Shown: one piece after another, positions 51,601 to 64,000 of the stretch
How the letters are laid out: every line of letters starts with the position of its first letter
Position numbering within the stretch: the stretch's first letter is position 1
Source: Eledone cirrhosa
Lineage: Eukaryota
Reading direction: 5' to 3'
DNA: 64,000 nucleotides
Assembly (NCBI GenBank): GCA_964016885.1
Contig: OZ024743.1
Coordinates: 366,792,001 to 366,856,000 of the forward strand
Notes under the pieces: model-generated
The model's database searches: none
The model's input: only the letters and a program-made list of their open reading frames with translations
What the model was told of the DNA's origin: nothing
Position numbers and translations under genes: made by a program

Positions 51601-54600
51601 CATCAAGGCATACTCAACCATACACAACAACCACTATCACAACCATGTCTACCACCACGATCATGGCATACTCAACCATACACAACAACCACTATCACAA
51701 CCATGTCTGCCACCACCATCATAGCATACTCAACCATACACAACAATCACTATCACAACCATGTCTGCCACCACCATCATGGCATACTCAACCATACACA
51801 ACAACACTATCACAACCATGTCTACCACCACCATCATAGCATACTCAACCATACACAACAACACTATCACAACCATGTCAACCACCACCATCATAGCATA
51901 CTCAACCATACACAACAACCACTATTACAACCATGTCTACCACCATCATCATGGCATACTCAACCATACACAACAACCACTATCACAACCATGTCTGCCA
52001 CCACCATCATAGCATACTCAACCATACACAACAACCACTATCAGAACCATGTCTACCACCACCATCATAATATACTCAACCATACACAACCATGTCTACC
52101 ACCACCATCATAGCATACTCAACCATACACAACAATCACTATCACAACCATGTCTACCACCACCAATATAGCATACTCAACCATACACAACAACCACTAT
52201 CACAACCATGTCTGCCACCACCATCATGGCATACTCAACCATGCACAACAACCACTATCACAACCATGTCTACCACCACCATCATAACATACTCAACCAT
52301 ACACAACAACCACTATCACAACCATGTCTACAACCACCATCATAACATACTCAACCATACACAACAATCACTATCACAACCATGTCTGCCACCACCATCA
52401 TAGCATACTCAACCATACACAACAATCACTATCACAACCATGTCTGCCACCGCCATCATGGCATACTCAACCATACACAACAACCACTATCACAACCATG
52501 TCTGCCACCACCATCATAGCATACTCAACCATACACAACAACCACTATCACAACCATGTCTACCACCACCATCATAACATACTCAACCATACACAACAAC
52601 CACTATCACAACCATGTCTGCCACCACCATCATAGCATACTCAACCATACACAACAACACTACAACAACCATGTCTACCACCACCATCATAGCATACTCA
52701 ACCATACACAACAACACTATCACAACCATGTCTACCACAACCATCATAGCATACTCAACCATACACAACAACCACTATCACAACCATGTCTGCCACCACC
52801 ATCATAGCATACTCAACCATACACAACCACTATCACAACCATGTCTACCACCACCATCATAGCATACTCAACCATACACAACAACACTATCACAACCATG
52901 TCTACCACCACCATCATAGCATACTCAACCATACACAACAACACTATTACAACCATGTCTGCCACCACCATCATGACATACTCAACCATACACAACAACC
53001 ACTATCACAACCATGTCTACCACCACCATCATAGCATACTCAACCATACACAACAACCACTATCACAACCATGTCTACCACCACCATCATGGCATACTCA
53101 ACCATACACAACAACCACTATCACAACCATGTCTACCACCACCATCATGGCATACTCAACCATACACAACAACCACTATCACAACCATGTCTGCCACCAC
53201 CATCATAGCATACTCAACCATACACAACAATCACTATCACAACCATGTCTGCCACCACCATCATAGCATACTCAACCATACAGAACAACACTACAACAAC
53301 CATGTCTACCACCACCATCATAGCATACTCAACCATACACAACAACACTATCACAACCATGTCTACCACAACCATCATGGCATACTCAACCATACACAAC
53401 AACCACTATCACAACCATGTCTGCAACCACCATCATAGCATACTCAACCATACACAACAACACTACAACAACCATGTCTACCACCACCATCATAGCATAC
53501 TCAACCATACACAACAACCACTATCACAACCATGTCTGCCACCACCATCATAGCATACTCAACCATACACAACAATCACTATCACAACCATGTCTGCCAC
53601 CACCATCATGGCATACTCAACCATACACAACAACACTATCACAACCATGTCTACCACCACCATCATAGCATACACAACACTATCACAACCATGTCTACCA
53701 CCACCATCATAGCATACTCAACCATACACAACAACACTATCACAACCATGTCTGCCACCACCATCATGACATACTCAACCATACACAACAACCACTATCA
53801 CAACCATGTCTACCACCACCATCATAGCATACTCAACCATACACTACAACCACTATCACAACCATGTCTACCACAGCCATCATGGCATACTCAACCATAC
53901 ACAACAACCACTATCACAACCATGTCTACCACCATCATCATGGCATACTCAACCATACACAACAACCACCATCACAACCATGTCTGCCACCACCATCATA
54001 GCATACTCAACCATACACAACAACCACTATCAGAACCATGTCTACCACCACCATCATAGCATACTCAACCATACACAACAATACAATCACAACCATGTCT
54101 ACCACCACCATCATAGCATACTCAACCATACACAACAATCACTATCACAACCATGTCTACCACCACCAATATAGCATACTCAACCATACACAACCACTAT
54201 CACAACCATGTCTGCCACCACCATCATGGCATACTCAACCATACACAACAACCACTATCACAACCATGTCTACCACCACCATCATAGCATACTCAACCAT
54301 ACACAACAACCACTATCACAACCATGTCTGCCACCACCATCATAGCATACTCAACCATACACAACAAACACTATCACAACCATGTCTACAACCACCATCA
54401 TAACATACTCAACCATACACAACCATGTCTGCCACCACCTTCATAGCATACTCAACCATACACAACAATCACTATCACAACATACTCAACCATACACAAC
54501 AACCACTATCACAACCATGTCTACCACCACCATCATAACATACTCAACCATACACAACAACACTATCACAACCATGTCTACCACCACCATCATAGCATAC

Positions 54601-57600
54601 TCAACCATACACAACAAACACTATCACAACCATGTCTGCCACCACCATCATAGCATACTCAACCATACACAACAACCACTATCACAACCATGTCTGCCAC
54701 CACCATCATAGCATAATCAACCATACACAACAACCACTATCACAACCATGTCTACCACCACCATCATAACATACTCAACCATACACAACAATCACTATCA
54801 CAACCATGTCTGCCACCACCATCATAGCATACTCAACCATACACAACAACCACTATCACAACCATGTCTTCCACCACCATCATAGCATAATCAACCATAC
54901 ACAACAACACTATCACAACCATGTCTACCACCACCATCATAGCATACTCAACCATACACAACAAATACTATCACAACCATGTCTGCCACCACCATCATAG
55001 CATACTCAACCATACACAACAACCACTATCACAACCATGTCTGCCACCACCATCATAGCATAATCAACCATACACAACAACCACTATCACAACCATGTCT
55101 ACCACCACCATCATAACATACTCAACCATACACAACAATCACTATCACAACCATGTCTGCCACCACCATCATAGCATACTCAACCATACACAACAACCAC
55201 TATCACAACCATGTCTGCCACCACCATCATAGCATACTCAACCATACACAACAAACACTATCACAACCATGTCTGCCACCACCATCATAGCATACTCAAC
55301 CATACACAACAACCACTATCACAACCATGTCTGCCACCACCATCATAGCATAATCAACCATACACAACAACACTATCACAACCATGTCTACCACCACCAT
55401 CATAGCATACTCAACCATACACAACAAACACTATCACAACCATGTCTGCCACCACCATCATAGCATACTCAACCATACACAACAACCACTATCACAACCA
55501 TGTCTGCCACCACCATCATAGCATAATCAACCATACACAACAACCACTATCACAACCATGTCTACCACCACCATCATAACATACTCAACCATACACAACA
55601 ATCACTATCACAACCATGTCTGCCACCACCATCATAGCATAATCAACCATACACAACAACCACTATCACAACCATGTCTACCACCACCATCATAACATAC
55701 TCAACCATACACAACAATCACTATCACAACCATGTCTACAACCACCATCATGGCATACTCAACCATACACAACCACTATCAAAACCATGTATACCACCAC
55801 CATCATAGCATACTCAACCATACACAACAACACTATCACAACCATGTCTACCATCACCAGCATGGCATACTCAACCATACACAAACATGTCTACCACCAC
55901 CATCATAGCATACTCAACCATACACAACAACACTATCACAACCATGTCTACCACCACCATCATAGCATACTCAACCATACACAACACTATCACAACCATG
56001 TCTACCACCACCATCATAGCATACTCAACCATACACAACAACACTATCACAACCATGTCTGCCACCACCATCATAGCATACTCAACCATACACAACAACC
56101 ACTATCACAACCATGTCTACCACCACCATCATAGCATACTCAACCATACTCAACAACACTATCACAACCATGTCTACCACCACCATCATAGCATACTCAA
56201 CCATACACAACAACACTATCACAACCATGTCTGCCACCACCATCATGACATACTCAACCATACACAACAACCACTATCACAACCATGTCTACCACCACCA
56301 TCATGGCATACTCAACCATACACAACAACCTCTATCACAACCATGTCTACCACTACCATCATGGCATACTCAACCATACACAACAACCACTATCACAACC
56401 ATGTCTGCCACCATCATCATAGCATACTCAACCATACACAACAATCACTATCACAACCATGTCTGCCACCACCATCATAGCATACTCAACCATACACAAC
56501 AACACTACAACAACCATGTCTACCACCACCATCATAGCATACTCAACCATACACAACAACACTACAACAACCATGTCTACCACCACCATCATAGCATACT
56601 CAACCATACACAACAACACTATCACAACCATGTCTACCACAACCATCATAGCATACTCAACCATACACAACAACCATTATCACAACCATGTCTGGCACCA
56701 CCATCATAGCATACTCAGCCATACACAACAACCACTATGACAACCATGTCTACCACCACCATCATAGCATACTCAACCATACACAACAACACTATCACAA
56801 CCATGTCTACCACCACCATCATAGCATACTCAACCATACACAACAACACTATCACAACCATGTCTACCACCACCATCATAGCATACTCAACCGTACACAA
56901 CCATATCTGCCAACACCATCATAGCATACTCAACCATACACAACAACACTATCACAACCATGTCTACAACCACCATCATGGCATACTCAACCATACACAA
57001 CCACTATCAAAACCATGTCTGCCACCACTATCATAGCATACTCAACCATACACAACAACACTATCACAACCATGTCTACCACCACCATCATAGCATACTC
57101 AACCATACACAACAACACAATCACAACCATGTCTACCACCACCATCATGGCATACTCAACGATACACAACCATGTCTACCACCACCATCATAGCATACTC
57201 AACCATACACAACAACACTATCACAACCATGTCTACCACCACCATCATAGCATACTCAACCATACACAACAACACTATCACAACCATGTCTGCCACCACC
57301 ATCATAGCATACTCAACCATACACAACAACACTATCACAACCATGTCTACCACCACCATCATAGCATACTCAACCATACACAACAACACTATCACAATCA
57401 TGTCTACCACCACCATCATAGCATTCTCAACCATACACAACAACACTATCACAACCATGTCTACCACCACCATCATAGCATACTCAACCATACACAACAA
57501 CAATATCACAACCATGTCTGCCACCACCATCATAGCATACTCAACCATACACAACAACACTATCACAACCATGTCTGCCACCACCATCATGACATATTCA

Positions 57601-60600
57601 ACCATACACAACAACCACTATCACAACCATGTCTACCACCACCATCAAGGCATACTCAACCATACACAACAACCACTATCACAACCATGTCTACCACCAC
57701 CATCATGGCATACTCAACCATACACAACAACCACTATCACAACCATGTCTGCCACCACCATCATAGCATACTCAACCATACACAACAACCACTATCACAA
57801 CCATGTCTGCCACCACCATCATAGCATACTCAACCATACACAACAACACTACAACAACCATGTCTACCACCACCATCATAGCATACTCAACCATACACAA
57901 CAACACTATCACAACCATGTCTACCACAACCATCATAGCATACTCAACCATACACAACAACACTATCACAACCATGTCTGCAACCACCATCATAGCATAC
58001 TCAACCATACACAACAACACTACAACAACCATGTCTACCACCACCATCATAGCATACTCAACCATACACAACAACACTATCACAACCATTCTACCACCAC
58101 CATCATAGCATACTCAACCATACACAACAACACTATCACAACTATGTCTGCCACCACCATCATGACATACTCAACCATACACAACAACCACTATCACAAC
58201 CATGTCTACCACCACCATCATAGCATACTCAACCATACACAACAACCACTATCACAACCATGTCTGCCACCACCATCATAGCATACTCAACCATACACAA
58301 CAACCACTATCACAACCATGTCTACCACCGCCATCATGGCATACTCAACCATACACAACAACCACTATCACAACCATGTCTACCACCATCATCATGGCAT
58401 ACTCAACCATACACAACAACACTATCACAACCATGTCTACCACCACCATCATAGCATACTCAACCATACACAACACTATCACAACTATGTCTGCCACCAC
58501 CATCATGACATACTCAACCATACACAACAACCACTATCACAACCATGTCTACCACCACCATCATAGCATACTCAACCATACACAACAACCACTATCACAA
58601 CCATGTCTACCACCACCATCATAGCATACTCAACCATACACAACAACCACTATCACAACCATGTCTACCACCGCCATCATGGCATACTCAACCATACACA
58701 ACAACCACTATCACAACCATGTCTACCACCATCATCATGGCATACTCAACCATACACAACAACCACTATCACAACCATGTCTGCCACCACCATCATAGCA
58801 TACTCAACCATACACAACCACTATCAGAACCATGTCTACCACCACCATCATAGCATACTCAACCATACACAACAATACTATCACAACCATGTCTACCACC
58901 ACCATCATAGCATACTCAACCATACACAACAATCACTATCACAACCATGTCTACCACCACCAATATAGCATACTCAACCATACACAACAACCACTATCAC
59001 AACCATGTCTGCCACCACCATCATGGCATACTCAACCATACACAACAACCACTATCACAACCATGTCTACCACCACCATCATAGCATACTCAACCATACA
59101 CAACAATCACTATCACAACCATGTCTGCCACCACCATCATAGCATACTCAACCATACACAACAACCACTATCACAACCATGTCTACCACCACCATCATAA
59201 CATACTCAACCATACACAACAATCACTATCACAACCATGTCTGCCACCACCATCATAGCATACTCAACCATACACAACAATCACTATCACAACCATGTCT
59301 ACAACCACCATCATGGCATACTCAACCATACACAACCACTATCAAAACCATGTCTACCACCACCATCATAGCATACTCAACCATACACAACAACACTATC
59401 ACAACCATGTCTACCACCACCAGCATGGCATACTCAACCATACACAAACATGTCTACCACCACCATCATAGCATACTCAACCATACACAACAACACTATC
59501 ACAACCATGTCTACCACCACCATCATAGCATACTCAACCATACACAACAACACTAGCACAACCATGTCTACCACCACCATCATAGCATACTCAACCATAC
59601 ACAACAACACTATCACAACCATGTCTGCCACCACCATCATAGCATACTCAACCATACACAACAATACAATCACAACCATGTCTACCACCACCATCATAGC
59701 ATACTCAACCATACACAACAATCACTATCACAACCATGTCTACCACCACCAATATAGCATACTCAACCATACACAACAACCACTATCACAACCATGTCTG
59801 CCACCACCATCTTGGCATACTCAACCATACACAACAACCACTATCACAACCATGTCTACCACCACCATCATAGCATACTCAACCATACACAACAACCACT
59901 ATCACAACCATGTCTGCCACCACCATCATAGCATACTCAACCATACACAACAAACACTATCACAACCATGTCTACAACCACCATCATAACATACTCAACC
60001 ATACACAACCATGTCTGCCACCACCATCATAGCATACTCAACCATACACAACAATCACTATCACAACATACTCAACCATACACAACAACCACTATCACAA
60101 CCATGTCTACCACCACAATCATAACATACTCAACCATACACAACAACACTATCACAACCATGTCTACCACCACCATCATAGCATACTCAACCATACACAA
60201 CAAACACTATCACAACCATGTCTGCCACCACCATCATAGCATACTCAACCATACACAAAAACCACTATCACAACCATGTCTGCCACCACCATCATAGCAT
60301 ACTCAACCATACACAACAACCACTATCACAACCATGTCTACCACCACCATCATAACATACTCAACCATACACAACAATCACTATCACAACCATGTCTGCC
60401 ACCACCATCATAGCATACTCAACCATACACAACAATCACTATCACAACCATGTCTACAACCACCATCATGGCATACTCAACCATACACAACCACTATCAA
60501 AACCATGTCTACCACCACCATCATAGCATACTCAACCATACACAACAACACTATCACAACCATGTCTACCACCACCAGCATGGCATACTCAACCATACAC

Positions 60601-63600
60601 AAACATGTCTACCACCACCATCATAGCATACTCAACCATACACAACAACACTATCACAACCATGTCTACCACCACCATCATAGCATACTCAACCATACAC
60701 AACACTATCACAACCATGTCTACCACCACCATCATAGCATACTCAACCATACACAACAACACTATCACAACCATGTCTGCCACCACCATCATAGCATACT
60801 CAACCATACTCAATAACACTATCACAACCATGTCTACCACCACCATCATAGCATACTCAACCATACACAACAACACTATCACAACCATGTCTGCCACCAC
60901 CATCATGACATACTCAACCATACACAACAACCACTATCACAACCATGTCTACCACCACCATCATGGCATACTCAACCATACACAACAACCACTATCACAA
61001 CCATGTCTACCACTACCATCATGGCATACTCAACCATACACAACAACCACTATCACAACCATGTCTGCCACCATCATCATAGCATACTCAACCATACACA
61101 ACAATCACTATCACAACCATGTCTGCCACCACCATCATAGCATACTCAACCATACACAACAACACTACAACAACCATGTCTACCACCACCATCATAGCAT
61201 ACTCAACCATACACAACAACACTATCACAACCATGTCTACCACAACCATCATAGCATACTCAACCATACACAACAACCATTATCACAACCATGTCTGGCA
61301 CCACCATCATAGCATACTCAGCCATACACAACAACCACTATCACAACCATGTCTACCACCACCATCATAGCATACTCAACCATACACAACAACACTATCA
61401 CAACCATGTCTACCACCACCATCATAGCATACTCAACCATACACAACAACACTATCACAACCATGTCTACCACCACCATCATAGCATACTCAACCGTACA
61501 CAACCATATCTGCCAACACCATCATAGCATACTCAACCATACACAACAACACTATCACAAACATGTCTACAACCACCATCATGGCATACTCAACCATACA
61601 CAACCACTATCAAAACCATGTCTGCCACCACTATCATAGCATACTCAACCATACACAACAACACTATCACAACCATGTCTACCACCACCATCATAGCATA
61701 CTCAACCATACACAACAACACTATCACAACCATGTCTACCACCACCATCATAGCATACTCAACCATACACAACAATACTATCACAACCATGTCTACCACC
61801 ACCATCATAGCATACTCAACCATACACAACAATCACTATCACAACCATGTGTACCACCACCAATATAGCATACTCAACCATACACAACAACCACTATCAC
61901 AACCATGTCTGCCACCACCATCATGGCATACTCAACCATACACAACAACCACTATCACAACCATGTCTACCACCACCATCATAGCATACTCAACCATACA
62001 CAACAATCACTATCACAACCATGTCTGCCACCACCATCATAGCATACTCAACCATACACAACAACCACTATCACAACCATGTCTACCACCACCATCATAA
62101 CATACTCAACCATACACAACAATCACTATCACAACCATGTCTGCCACCACCATCATAGCATACTCAACCATACACAACAATCACTATCACAACCATGTCT
62201 ACCACCACCATCATAGCATACTCAACCATACACAACAACACTATCACAACCATGTCTACCACCACCATCATGGCATACTCAACCATACACAACAACCACT
62301 ATCACAACCATGTCTACCACCACCATCATGGCATACTCAACCATACACAACAACCACTATCACAACCATGTCTGCCACCACCATCATAGCATACTCAACC
62401 ATACACAACAATCACTATCACAACCATGTCTGCCACCACCATCATAGCATACTCAACCATACACAACAACACTACAACAACCATGTCTACCACCACCATC
62501 ATAGCATACTCAACCATACACAACAACACTATCACAACCATCATAGCATACTCAACCATACACAACAACCACTATCACAACCATGTCTGCAACCACCATC
62601 ATAGCATACTCAACCATACACAACAACACTACAACAACCATGTCTACCACCACCATCATAGCATAATCAACCATACACAACAACACTATCACAACCATGT
62701 CTACCACAACCATCATAGCATACTCAACCATACACAACAACCATTATCACAACCATGTCTGCCACCAGATCATAGCATACTCAGCCATACACAACAACCA
62801 CTATCACAACCATGCCTACCACCACCATCATAGCATACTCAACCATACACAACAACACTATCACAACCATGTCTACCACCACCATCATGGCATACTCAAC
62901 CATACACAACAACCACTATCACAACCATGTCTACCACCACCATCATGGCATACTCAACCATACACAACAATCACTATCACAACCATGTCTGCCACCACCA
63001 TCATAGCATACTCAACCATACACAACAACACTACAACAACCATGTCTACCACCACCATCATGGCATACTCAACCATACACAACAACCACTATCACAACCA
63101 TGTCTGCCACCACCATCATAGCATACTCAACCATACACAACAATCACTATCACAACCATGTCTGCCACCACCATCATAGCATACTCAACCATACACAACA
63201 ACACTACAACAACCATGTCTACCACCACCATCATGGCATACTCAACCATACACAACAACCACTATCACAACCATGTCTGCCACCACCATCATAGCATACT
63301 CAACCATACACAACAACCACTATCACAACCATGTCTGCAACCACCATCATAGCATACTCAACCATACACAACAACACTACAACAACCATGTCTACCACCA
63401 CCATCATAGCATACTCAACCATACACAACAACACTATCACAACCATCATAGCATACTCAACCATACACAACAACCATTATCACAACCATGTCTGCCACCA
63501 CCATCATAGCATACTCAGCCATACACAACAACCACTATCACAACCATGCCTACCACCACCATCATAGCATACTCAACCATACACAACACTATCACAACCA

Positions 63601-64000
63601 TGTCTACCACCACCATCATAGCATACTCAACCATACACAACAACACTATCACAACCATGTCTACCACCACCATCATAGCATACTCAACCGTACACAGCCA
63701 TGTCTGCCAACACCATCATAGCATACTCAACCATACACAACAACACTATCACAACCATGTCTACAACCACCATCATAGCATACTCAACCATACACAACAA
63801 CCACTATTACAACCAAGTCTGCCACCACCATCATAGCATACTCAACCATATACAACAACCACTATCACAACCATGTCTGCCACCACCATCATGGCATACT
63901 CAACCATACACAACAACCACTATCACAACCATGTCTACCACCACCATCATAGCATACTCAACCATACACAACAACACTATCACAACCATTCTACCACCAC
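39658..64000. repeat. Large tandem satellite, ~57/58-bp monomer (ACAACAACCACTATCACAACCATGTCTRCCACCACCATCATAGCATACTCAACCATAC), >24 kb (roughly 430 monomers), runs off the window end
   Basis: Continuous tandem repeats with 58-, 57-, 54- and 42-bp length variants and diagnostic SNPs. Confidence 0.99.

Noticed and set aside
39632-63836. Hundreds of His-rich (HHHHSILNHTQQHYHNHV), Thr-rich and Val/Met-rich ORFs
   Set aside because: These are translations of the satellite. 58-bp monomers constantly shift frame, indels show no frame preservation, and no splice or gene structure is evident.
39658-64000. Telomeric repeat array
   Set aside because: No TTAGGG/CCCTAA units; only the CA/GT skew is telomere-like

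Overview
AT-rich animal genomic DNA. The SINE/RTE repertoire suggests a cephalopod such as Octopus (inference). Positions 552-30734 carry 14 minus-strand coding exons of a retinoblastoma-family gene, most like RB1. I spliced them by hand into 1367 nt (455 full codons) with GT-AG junctions, consistent phases and no stops, covering the N-terminal domain to the middle of pocket A. Exon 1 and the 3' half were not found in the window. The introns and upstream region are packed with transposon remnants: several RTE-clade LINE families (some with a PHD-like finger inside the RT), R4-like and Ingi/Vingi-like LINE fragments, a mariner transposase, a Ty3/gypsy gag-pol remnant, a non-autonomous Helitron, tRNA-derived SINEs, and TA- and TTAA-type MITEs. 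There are also 32-bp and ~44-bp minisatellites. From ~39658 to the end lies a >24-kb, ~57/58-bp satellite with a 2692-bp higher-order repeat. The most interesting candidates are a type I hammerhead-like fold inside the Helitron, a decayed HDV-like ribozyme at the 5' end of the Ingi/Vingi-like LINE, a SINE whose tail is a chimera of two RTE families, and the satellite possibly lying in RB intron 1. No prokaryote-type system (e.g. CRISPR) is supported.
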